From a virus (taxonomy: Duplodnaviria > Caudoviricetes), in IMG/VR virus record IMGVR_UViG_3300027593_000199, positions 1 to 63,465 of that record: a stretch of 63,465 bases of DNA; one strand, 5' to 3'. A model generated the notes under the pieces. That model made no database searches and was not told the origin of the DNA. It was given only the letters and a program-made list of their open reading frames with translations. Every line of letters begins with the position of its first letter. The first letter of the stretch is position 1. The position numbers and the translations under genes are program-made. Below, piece by piece: positions 56,001-63,465 of the stretch.

Positions 56001-56737
56001 CTTTTTATTGATTCTACGTGTAAATTTGCTACAATAAACTCTTTGACAAGGGAGCTGCGTACGATGTCATCAACTTCGAACTCCACGTTTCTGAATGATG
56101 GCATTCTGTTGATAACCTCTACAAAGTCTCTGAGGCCAGATTGATCATGCCTTTTACATAGATCTGTCTGTTTAAAATCACCACAAAATATAATCTTTGA
56201 TCCTTCTCCAACTCGAGTTATAATTGAACTCAACTCTTGGAAGGTCATATTCTGGCACTCATCAACAATAATTACTGAATTGTCTATAGTGATACCACGA
56301 ATGAAAGATGTAATCATAAATTCAATATTCTTTTGTTCAACTAGTCTTTCATATGCTTGTTCAGTTTGGAATAGGTCTTGACAGATTGCTTTGTAGGGAG
56401 CAAGATATACGTCAGTCTTCTCTTTCTCATCTCCTGGTAGATGTCCAATTTCTCTTGAAGGTACTACTGATCTTACTAATACTACCTTATCGTATGTGTT
56501 ACTTTTATCCATCACCTCTTCTAATGCTTTGTAGAGTGCAATGAATGTCTTTCCTGTACCAGCTGCACCGTGCAGCATGATTGCTTGTGTTCCTTGTTTG
56601 TAGAGGTCGAAGAATTTGGATTGGTTTTTTGTTAGGGGTTCAAATGTCAGAAGATCGTCGATTCTAAGTTTGAGCTTTCTTCTTGGTTGATCAGGGAGAT
56701 GATGAATGGAGGCTTCAGCAAGTCGTGCTTTTTTCAT
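55997..56737 (-). CDS. phoH: PhoH-family ATPase
   Basis: GAAGTGKT, GHLPG, SFIRG.T, VDECQN, GDFKQTDL, DIVRS. Confidence 0.93.
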   Translation of the reverse strand: MKKARLAEASIHHLPDQPRRKLKLRIDDLLTFEPLTKNQSKFFDLYKQGTQAIMLHGAAGTGKTFIALYKALEEVMDKSNTYDKVVLVRSVVPSREIGHLPGDEKEKTDVYLAPYKAICQDLFQTEQAYERLVEQKNIEFMITSFIRGITIDNSVIIVDECQNMTFQELSSIITRVGEGSKIIFCGDFKQTDLCKRHDQSGLRDFVEVINRMPSFRNVEFEVDDIVRSSLVKEFIVANLHVESIKS

Positions 56738-56766
56738 GCGCTGTCCTTCTTGTTAGAGTTAAAAAC

Positions 56767-56800
56767 AAAAAAGGCGCATAGACTTTCGCCTGTGCGCCTT
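56767..56800 (-). terminator. Terminator hairpin upstream of phoH
   Basis: AAGGCGCACAGGC-GAAA-GTCTATGCGCCTT-TTTT. Confidence 0.75.
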
Positions 56801-56857
56801 CTCCTACTACTGCTATGCTTCTTTAATGTGCATACAATAATCCTGTGGTGTTTTTAG

Positions 56858-56865
56858 TATTTATA
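56858..56865 (-). promoter_or_regulatory. T4-type late promoter
   Basis: Exact TATAAATA. Confidence 0.7.
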
Positions 56866-57082
56866 ATCCAATCACTCCCGGCTTGAAGTGTAAGCCCTTA
56901 GCAGGAGTAAATTCTTGCTGGAGATACTCTCTAATACATTCAAAGCGGAATGCCTCATCTTCCTGGCCTCTAGCACTCAGAGCTAGCTCACAGTTTAGAA
57001 TGAACTCTGTCAGTGCACCTAGAGGGATACGGACATTATCGTCGAGTACAGCTGGTTTCATATTGGCTTTACGCTGGTACAT
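56861..57082 (-). CDS. Hypothetical protein
   Basis: GGAG RBS before MYQRKAN. Confidence 0.6.
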   Translation of the reverse strand: MYQRKANMKPAVLDDNVRIPLGALTEFILNCELALSARGQEDEAFRFECIREYLQQEFTPAKGLHFKPGVIGL

Positions 57083-57347
57083 TGTTATTCTCCATATTGA
57101 CGTGAACCCCAATTATACTATCAATTCGAAAAGATCTCCACGCATTCTTTTCACAATCCCAAACAGCCAGAACTTCCTCATTCACTTCTTTCACACGATC
57201 GGTAGTCTTTTCGTGAGGAACTACAACGTCTTCGCGTAGAGTGCATATCATCTCACGAAGTTCACCATTCTTCTTAGTGAATATAACTTTACATATGTTC
57301 GACTTTAGGGTCGAGCGGATCGAATCCACGGATGTCGCTTGGGTCAT
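57069..57347 (-). CDS. WYL-like (SH3-fold) protein
   Basis: FTKKNGELREM.CTL...VWD.EKNAWRSFR. Confidence 0.75.
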   Translation of the reverse strand: MTQATSVDSIRSTLKSNICKVIFTKKNGELREMICTLREDVVVPHEKTTDRVKEVNEEVLAVWDCEKNAWRSFRIDSIIGVHVNMENNNVPA

Positions 57348-57801
57348 TTTTCCACCTCTCAAATAAAATATAAGCGAGCTGATGAAGTTCTACACCAGCC
57401 TCTTTAAGCATTATATACGAAAACCCATGATTAAACAACAGTTGTTTTCCTGGCGGGGGAACAAATGTTACTACTCTTTTAACTCCCCTCTGGATAATAC
57501 TTTTGACGCATTCGTTGCAGGGGAAGAATGTCGCGTACAACGTTGACCCTTCAACACTCCCCGGCGCATTGTCAAGTGCATTACGTTCTGCATGGCAAAC
57601 TAACTTTAACTTTAGTTCGCGATCTTGATATCGATAATCATCATCAACTACCCCGCGTGGAAAGCCGTTGTACCCCATTCCAATAACTCTACGTTTGGAA
57701 TCTACAATTACACTTCCTACTTTTGTAGATGGATCCTTTGACCACGATGCTACTGTTTCTGCTAACTGCAAGAAACGGTAATCCCATAATAAATCACTCA
57801 T
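57289..57801 (-). CDS. cd: dCMP deaminase
   Basis: SKDPSTKVG, GYNG, HAE, PCNEC. Confidence 0.92.
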   Translation of the reverse strand: MSDLLWDYRFLQLAETVASWSKDPSTKVGSVIVDSKRRVIGMGYNGFPRGVVDDDYRYQDRELKLKLVCHAERNALDNAPGSVEGSTLYATFFPCNECVKSIIQRGVKRVVTFVPPPGKQLLFNHGFSYIMLKEAGVELHQLAYILFERWKNDPSDIRGFDPLDPKVEHM

Positions 57802-57804
57802 ATG

Positions 57805-58200
57805 TTATCTCTTTTTACCAATATTGTATTTGGCAACCAACTCCCACTCATCCTTCTCTTTGTGTGTGATAACTTTAACTTGAGAGAAAGGAGCAACTGG
57901 TGTGCTTGATTTTTGTGGGTTGATCAATTTCACTAGACCCCATTCTGCGATCAAGTTAATGATTGTGTTGCGGCGCGCCTTATCATCATCTGAGAAGTTA
58001 GATGGTTTACCATCAAGAGCAAATAGCTCTTTGAAGTGCACAATATAATACCTACCTTGCTTATGCAAGATATGGCATGATTGAAATAGTTTTTTATCTT
58101 TACGCGATGCAACACCGATACGTGTCAGTGTTTCTTTGATCTTGAGAAAGTCTTCTTCAGAGGCCAGCGCAACTTCCACCAGACTGTCAATAATGTTCAT
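57805..58200 (-). CDS. regA: Translational repressor RegA
   Basis: FLKIKETLTRIG, QSCHILHKQGRYYIVHFKELF. Confidence 0.95.
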   Translation of the reverse strand: MNIIDSLVEVALASEEDFLKIKETLTRIGVASRKDKKLFQSCHILHKQGRYYIVHFKELFALDGKPSNFSDDDKARRNTIINLIAEWGLVKLINPQKSSTPVAPFSQVKVITHKEKDEWELVAKYNIGKKR

Positions 58201-58574
58201 AATCGTCCACCTTTTTCTAATTTTTGTTTTATAGTGATCAGTTGATCTGAAGAAAGGATGGATAATGCGCTTTTTGCCTTTTCTGGCCCGTAACCATAAT
58301 ATTCCATGACAGCAGTAAGGTCATTATCTTCTTGTTTCTTCACCCACTTTGCAAATCGCTTTGCAGGTCTTATACTATTTAGAAAAAAGTAAAACTGGAG
58401 CTTTCCATCTAGGTGATGGTGCCGATTCATCTCATTAGCGTACAATAACGTGTCCGGGAAATAAGATAGTGCCTTGTTTACCATGAAGGCTGGGTAGTGC
58501 TTTTCTGCTTCCGACTCTTTAAGTAGATCCTGTTTAGAACTGTTTATCGCATTTACATAATCAAAGGGATTCAT
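58197..58574 (-). CDS. gp62: Clamp-loader small subunit (gp62)
   Basis: PFDYVNAIN, FMVNKALS, ANEMN; synteny with gp44/regA. Confidence 0.9.
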   Translation of the reverse strand: MNPFDYVNAINSSKQDLLKESEAEKHYPAFMVNKALSYFPDTLLYANEMNRHHHLDGKLQFYFFLNSIRPAKRFAKWVKKQEDNDLTAVMEYYGYGPEKAKSALSILSSDQLITIKQKLEKGGRL

Positions 58575-58578
58575 GTTA

Positions 58579-58842
58579 TTATAATGTTAACTCTGGGTTA
58601 TCGGTGACCAGACCAACTAAGGCGTGAGTCAGATGTACTACTTGCTTCTCGGTAAGACCAAGACCATAGGTACTATCCAATATGTGCAACGTTTCATGCA
58701 ACAGGGCAATACGTTGTGTTTGACTAGTATGATCACGATTGATCATTATGCGTTGTTTATTGAAGTCTGCAAGGCCAATATTGCCTTTCATTTCTTCATT
58801 ACTCAGGTAGTCAACTTGATATAATATTCCAGAGATTTTCAC
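58579..58842 (-). CDS. Small HExxH protein (probable GTG start at 58842)
   Basis: LLHETLH; GTGA overlap with the upstream gene. Confidence 0.6.
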   Translation of the reverse strand: MKISGILYQVDYLSNEEMKGNIGLADFNKQRIMINRDHTSQTQRIALLHETLHILDSTYGLGLTEKQVVHLTHALVGLVTDNPELTL

Positions 58843-59132
58843 AGTACCATCCTTAAAAGACCGATTGCATCGATCGTAGTTAATAACAAATAATTGGCCA
58901 GCATCCCAAAGCTCCGACGTGACCAAGCAGCCCAAGAATACAAAGCACAACCAGTAATCCATATAGGATAGAGTATGAGAAGAGGTGGGCTAGGCACAGT
59001 GAGAGCCATAGTGATACTACAACTAATAGAAATAGCCCAAGCCAGTAACTCAATACCAAAGCGTACCCGGTTAGAATTATAGTCATCCCTAATCCAAGTA
59101 AAAACTCCAGCAACGGATTCATTCAACATCAA
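58839..59132 (-). CDS. Three-TM membrane protein
   Basis: Hydrophobic helices. Confidence 0.7.
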   Translation of the reverse strand: MMLNESVAGVFTWIRDDYNSNRVRFGIELLAWAISISCSITMALTVPSPPLLILYPIWITGCALYSWAAWSRRSFGMLANYLLLTTIDAIGLLRMVL

Positions 59133-59343
59133 CCTTACCCTCAGTTTCTATCCACACCCTTGCACCACAACTAAGTGGTTTATCAGGTGAGTATACAACC
59201 TTGCTAGGGCCGTAAATGATTACAGTGTTAGCGTACCTGTTATCCTTATAAGTCTTCACTGTAAGGACAGGCTCCCGATTCTCTTCTTCAGCTCTTATAT
59301 TCTTTCGAATAAGAGCCTGGTTGACATGGATAATAGTTTTCAT
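59119..59343 (-). CDS. Conserved phage hypothetical protein
   Basis: IHVNQ...PVLTVK...PLSCGARVWIET. Confidence 0.75.
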   Translation of the reverse strand: MKTIIHVNQALIRKNIRAEEENREPVLTVKTYKDNRYANTVIIYGPSKVVYSPDKPLSCGARVWIETEGKVDVE

Positions 59344-59531
59344 CCGTTCAGTTGCTGCTGTGTAGATGTTTCAGCAAACCTATTAGCTTCAGTATAGCTA
59401 CCAAAGAACTTGGCTAACTCCTGTCCACTTTTAAGATTAAAGACAAGAACTTGAAACGTATCATCATGCAACTTCATTACTCTTGCATTAACTCCATTAT
59501 TCTCATACTCACTCAATAGTTGTATATTCAT
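59340..59531 (-). CDS. Hypothetical protein
   Basis: Coupled ORF. Confidence 0.6.
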   Translation of the reverse strand: MNIQLLSEYENNGVNARVMKLHDDTFQVLVFNLKSGQELAKFFGSYTEANRFAETSTQQQLNG

Positions 59532-60469
59532 TTGAAATCTCCTTCAGCCATAATTTCTGTTAGACAAGCTAAAATATTTATCTCATGATCAGCAACGAAA
59601 GCAGCCTTATATTGATAGTCGGCAATGGTCATCACGAGCATTGGAATAGAGTTTGGTTTCAGATAATCTGACGCAGTATCATATAGCTTACGAAAGAATG
59701 TGGTATGATCAATGTCATTATTCTCACCAACCCACTTACGTACTTCACTGAAGCTCTTAGTCTTTAATAGTAATACTAATGCTTTAAGGTTCTCCTCTGT
59801 AATATTAACTAGTATACCAGTATCAATACGACCGGTAGCAGAGTAACGCTGTAGCTCATTTAATACACGTCGCCAGTCAGGAAAGAACTTCTTAATAACC
59901 TCTACGACAGCTTTACTATCATACTCTATTCCTTCTTTGTCGAGTATACCGCATACACGCTTGTAGAACTGCTTAGCCATCTCTGGCTTATCATCTTTCT
60001 CAATCTTAAATTCTACGACAGAGCATCTACTGTGCAGAGGATCAATAATGCGGTTGCGGAAATTAGCGGTAAGGATAAACCCACAATTCCTCGAGTATTC
60101 TTCCATAAAGTTGCGAAGAGCAGGTTGAGTACTGTTAGGATTAAGATAGTCAGCTTCATCCAGGATAACATATTTACGACCTCCAGAAAAGGAAATAGTG
60201 GATGCGAACTCTCGTATCTCATTACGAAGAGTGTCAATGTTACCACTCATAGAACCATTGACTATAGTATAATCACAACCAAGCTGATCGAGCATGGCAC
60301 GTGCAATAGTTGTTTTACCAACGCCTGCACGGCCAGTCAATAGTAGGTTAGGAATATTGCCTTGATCGACAAATTGTTGAAAGGTCTTTTTGAGACCATC
60401 CGGAAGGATAGTGTCGGCCACGGTCCTGGGTCTATACTTCTCGACCCAAAGGAAATCATCACGAATCAT
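59528..60469 (-). CDS. gp44: Clamp-loader large subunit (gp44)
   Basis: WVEKYRP, GRAGVGKT, DEAD, SRC. Confidence 0.96.
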   Translation of the reverse strand: MIRDDFLWVEKYRPRTVADTILPDGLKKTFQQFVDQGNIPNLLLTGRAGVGKTTIARAMLDQLGCDYTIVNGSMSGNIDTLRNEIREFASTISFSGGRKYVILDEADYLNPNSTQPALRNFMEEYSRNCGFILTANFRNRIIDPLHSRCSVVEFKIEKDDKPEMAKQFYKRVCGILDKEGIEYDSKAVVEVIKKFFPDWRRVLNELQRYSATGRIDTGILVNITEENLKALVLLLKTKSFSEVRKWVGENNDIDHTTFFRKLYDTASDYLKPNSIPMLVMTIADYQYKAAFVADHEINILACLTEIMAEGDFK

Positions 60470-60473
60470 TTAA

Positions 60474-61151
60474 TCACCCAGTAAAAGTAGAATTATCTTC
60501 ACAAGCTACCCAGTATTCTACATCAGAACCTTTAAAATGGCAAATGCCACCTGGAGATATTTTTAGCTTGTACTCTTCATTCATAATTTTAAGACTCTCA
60601 GCTTTAACAATCATCTTGAAAGTCTTGATAGTTTCACCAACAGTAATTGCAAAGCTGTTACTGAGGGTACTATCATTTGGGTTCTTTGGTTTTGTATCTA
60701 ATGCTTCAATGCTGAATTTACCATCTTTACCAACAAAGGCAATATCAGGTAATTGTAGTACACCAACAGCTTTCATTAACGACTGCAGTGATGATGAAGG
60801 TAATAACTTCTCAACACTATCAAGCGGTAGGTCAGCCATTTTCTTTGGAGGTTGAACAATCATATCCGGTAAACAATAAACATAATCTAGTTTAGATTTA
60901 CCACTGGTGATTGTAATGAACTTATCATTGATTTCTAAATCTGGATCATCGAATAAGGATAACACACCTAGGAACTTTGACAGATCCCATATCGCAAACT
61001 GCTGCGATATGGTTTCTGCGATGGTAGCATTAGCTACCATTGTTTTCATAGGGGATATTGTCTTTAACTCATTACCAGGTGTGAAGATCAAAGAAGGATT
61101 AATCTGAGCAAAGCTCTTCAAAATCTGAATTGTTCTTGCACTTAGTTTCAT
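60474..61151 (-). CDS. gp45: Sliding clamp (gp45)
   Basis: MKLSARTIQILKSFAQINPS, FAIWDLSKFL, YWVACE. Confidence 0.93.
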   Translation of the reverse strand: MKLSARTIQILKSFAQINPSLIFTPGNELKTISPMKTMVANATIAETISQQFAIWDLSKFLGVLSLFDDPDLEINDKFITITSGKSKLDYVYCLPDMIVQPPKKMADLPLDSVEKLLPSSSLQSLMKAVGVLQLPDIAFVGKDGKFSIEALDTKPKNPNDSTLSNSFAITVGETIKTFKMIVKAESLKIMNEEYKLKISPGGICHFKGSDVEYWVACEDNSTFTG

Positions 61152-61168
61152 AATATAGATCCCTTAGG

Positions 61169-62032
61169 TTACTTCTTCTTTTTATGTTTCAATTGATTAG
61201 AGTCTGCAGTTGCCGATGCTCCGATTGAAGCTAGGTCAGCAAGTGAACCACCAAACACATAACTACCTACGTGCTGTAACTGCATCCATGGACAGAAGAA
61301 TACCTTGCCACCCATCTTCTGTACGTTGTAGCAGAACATATAGTCCTCAGACAAGTAACGCTTTGACTCTGGATCGATAATACAATCGAAGTAAGCCATG
61401 ATCTCACGAGTACCATCAAAGTGCTCAGTACGTACGTGATCTGGTTTGTACCACTGGTGTGGAAATGCTTTTTGATAATCCTCAAATGTCTTACGACGAA
61501 TCATCATAAAGCCTGTACCAATCTCTAACACTTCGATTGGTTGGTTAAGAGGGATCTCACGTTGTGTTGTCTTAGGATTGAACACATAGTCACCAACATA
61601 CTTTTCCAAGTTGTTTGGATTCTCATCCGCCATACCCTTGTCAACCGCTTGCTTGATCTTTTCCCAAGAGATACACTTTTTAGGATACGGACCACCGATA
61701 ACATCATATGGGCTCTCATCATCTTGCATTGCAAGCATGGCGATGACATCTTGTGGATTGAAACCAATGTCACTATCAATGAACATCAAGTGAGTAGCAC
61801 CAGAACGCATGAACTCATCAACGCAATAGTTACGAGCACGTGTGATTAATGACTCATTGAATAGAAAGAACAATTGGAGTGGAATACCGTGTTTAGTACA
61901 CACAGCAGATAAATCAGCAACTGATCTGGTAAACATACCAGCACACTGACCACCGTACATAGGAACAGCTAAGAACAGCTTACGTTTCTGTAGCTCTTCA
62001 ATACTGACCTGTAATTTAAAACCTTCAGCCAT
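61169..62032 (-). CDS. GT-A-fold glycosyltransferase-like protein
   Basis: PMYGGQC, ESLITRARN, MFIDSDI (DxD), GTGFMMI, YLSEDY, L.HVG. Confidence 0.7.
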   Translation of the reverse strand: MAEGFKLQVSIEELQKRKLFLAVPMYGGQCAGMFTRSVADLSAVCTKHGIPLQLFFLFNESLITRARNYCVDEFMRSGATHLMFIDSDIGFNPQDVIAMLAMQDDESPYDVIGGPYPKKCISWEKIKQAVDKGMADENPNNLEKYVGDYVFNPKTTQREIPLNQPIEVLEIGTGFMMIRRKTFEDYQKAFPHQWYKPDHVRTEHFDGTREIMAYFDCIIDPESKRYLSEDYMFCYNVQKMGGKVFFCPWMQLQHVGSYVFGGSLADLASIGASATADSNQLKHKKKK

Positions 62033-62043
62033 TATAAAACTCC

Positions 62044-62535
62044 TTATTTGTATTTTTTGTCATGCTCACTACCTAAACCGTATGAGCCATTATATCCAGA
62101 AAGTGCTTCTGCTTTAAAAAGTAAGAACTGCGCAACACGAGTCCCCTTCTTAATTCTTACCGGACCACCATGTACATGCAATGCACCTGCCATAACACCA
62201 TGGTAACCCGAATCATATAAACCAGATGTAATGAATACACCGTTACGGTTTAATGTAGAACGAGTAATAACCCAACCAGCTTCATCAGGTCCTATTCGAA
62301 CTATGTTCTCCATCACTACTTCATATGTACCCTCTGGAAGAATATACCATCCATCAGATGTTGGCGTTTCTTCTACAGTACCTCTATGGGTCTTATTTTC
62401 ATTATCAACAATAAACTCATTATGCTTCATACGATAGACTTTATCAAGTCTGAGATCTATCGCATTTGGTTGGGAGTCTCCTGGCTGAACATTAGTCAGC
62501 GTCGAATGACTATTACTTCCTAAGATATGAATCAT
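62044..62535 (-). CDS. Trimeric dUTPase / dCTP deaminase family
   Basis: QPNAIDLR, RSTLNRNG, YDSGYHG, RVAQ, YNGSY. Confidence 0.85.
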   Translation of the reverse strand: MIHILGSNSHSTLTNVQPGDSQPNAIDLRLDKVYRMKHNEFIVDNENKTHRGTVEETPTSDGWYILPEGTYEVVMENIVRIGPDEAGWVITRSTLNRNGVFITSGLYDSGYHGVMAGALHVHGGPVRIKKGTRVAQFLLFKAEALSGYNGSYGLGSEHDKKYK

Positions 62536-62989
62536 GTTTTTCTACCTCGTCATATGCATCATTTAAAGTGTTATGTGTATGTAACGTACCAAAGGATCCT
62601 CTTGTAGTGTAGGTCTCCTCACTAATATTCAACATTCCTACTGGATTACTCTTTAGTATAATACCGCTCTTCTTCTTTAATATCTCATCTAGCGCATCTT
62701 CAGACGGGACATAATTATGTTCAGCACTGGCTTTATCAACAGCATACATCATAAGTACGATGTAGTGGATAGCTTTCAATAGATCCTTTCTATTCTTACC
62801 ACCCTTTTTGCCATAACGGCAGAGATACTTAATAGCTGTATCTCTTGCTGTTGTTTCAAGACTATCAAGTGATTCCCATATATCAACTACTTGAATGTCT
62901 TTAGCAACATAGTGCTCACCGTAAGTACCATCCAGATACTTTTGGATATCTGATAGATACTTGTCTTCATTATATTTGTAATCAGGCAT
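62513..62989 (-). CDS. DUF3310-like nucleotide-modification-associated protein
   Basis: YKYNE...TYGEHY...KYLCRYGKK...DLLKAIHY. Confidence 0.7.
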   Translation of the reverse strand: MPDYKYNEDKYLSDIQKYLDGTYGEHYVAKDIQVVDIWESLDSLETTARDTAIKYLCRYGKKGGKNRKDLLKAIHYIVLMMYAVDKASAEHNYVPSEDALDEILKKKSGIILKSNPVGMLNISEETYTTRGSFGTLHTHNTLNDAYDEVEKHDSYLRK

Positions 62990-63464
62990 GATCGTCCTCA
63001 TTTAAGTACATTGAAATATAATTGTTGATTATACTCTTGTTAATCACAGCAGTCAACACATTTCCTCTGTTCTCATAGCTAAAATCAACCTCTTCTTCAT
63101 ACTTTCCATTCAATAGGCCAGTAGGGGAACGATCAAAGTGAGCACCAGCGTGGAGTCCTAACCAGATAGCAGCACTACTATCCCATGTATCAATGTACTT
63201 TCTAAAAGGAGTCATTAAACGAATCTCACCGGGACCATCTAACATGCCTAGCATATGGATCTTCTGCCCATTCGATTTCATTATATCTAGTGTACCAGCA
63301 GTATGTAATTCTTGCATAAACATGAATCGACTAACAAAACGTTGTAGCTTATTGTTCTTCTCTACTCCGTAAGCATTAGGTATAGCAAGAATAGACATGC
63401 CAATATAATCCACAAGGTCTGATTGGGCAGCCCAGTCAAAGCACTCATGAAGGTCATCTATATC
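62982..63464 (-). CDS. Partial TIM-barrel-like protein, possibly TGT/DpdA superfamily (runs off right edge)
   Basis: Frame open to the edge (DIDDLHECFDWAAQSDLVDYIG...); IHMLG...IDTWDSS resembles TGT-family HxxG...DxxDS. Confidence 0.45.
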   Translation of the reverse strand, partial: DIDDLHECFDWAAQSDLVDYIGMSILAIPNAYGVEKNNKLQRFVSRFMFMQELHTAGTLDIMKSNGQKIHMLGMLDGPGEIRLMTPFRKYIDTWDSSAAIWLGLHAGAHFDRSPTGLLNGKYEEEVDFSYENRGNVLTAVINKSIINNYISMYLNEDDHA

Positions 63465-63465
63465 T

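Noticed and set aside
931-62437. Many plus-strand ORFs in the track (e.g. 931-1326, 23280-23777, 33633-34148, 51217-51696)
   Set aside because: They are antisense shadows of well-supported minus-strand genes, with no RBS or recognisable motifs; only 14406-17743 is a credible plus-strand operon

Overview
63.5-kb segment of a large T4-like (myovirus) dsDNA phage genome, AT-rich and coded almost entirely on the minus strand in the standard genetic code. Reading right to left (the direction of transcription), it carries: (1) a T4-type replication block: gp45, gp44, gp62, regA, dCMP deaminase, phoH, hsp20 with a ROSE-like thermometer, gp43, uvsX and gp41; (2) ClpP and HExxH peptidases; (3) a late-promoter-driven block of proteins whose N-termini resemble the T4 capsid-targeting sequence, including a His-rich, Cys-free set of four enzymes (nuclease-like, ligase-like, HAD, HIGH-type nucleotidyltransferase) and a Dps; (4) fibre/structural genes rich in N-x-S/T sequons; (5) lysis genes (spanins, GH19 endolysin, holin candidates); (6) primase, thyX, nrdA/nrdB, a fatty-acid desaturase, a GIY-YIG endonuclease abutting an atypical tRNA-Met(CAT), and an FkbM methyltransferase; (7) a five-gene plus-strand envelope island; (8) PMM, a GT4, RNase H and an exonuclease; (9) an early region with repeated sigma70 promoters, a PlcP-like/Agt-like lipid-remodelling pair and FabF. 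Best candidates for novel biology: phage-encoded phospholipid-to-glycolipid remodelling, a capsid-packaged His-rich enzyme cassette, possible N-glycosylation of virion fibres, a shared pseudoknot-like late 5' leader, and the plus-strand Cys-repeat island. All family calls come from recognising motifs by eye; no database searches were run, and residue counts are approximate hand counts.
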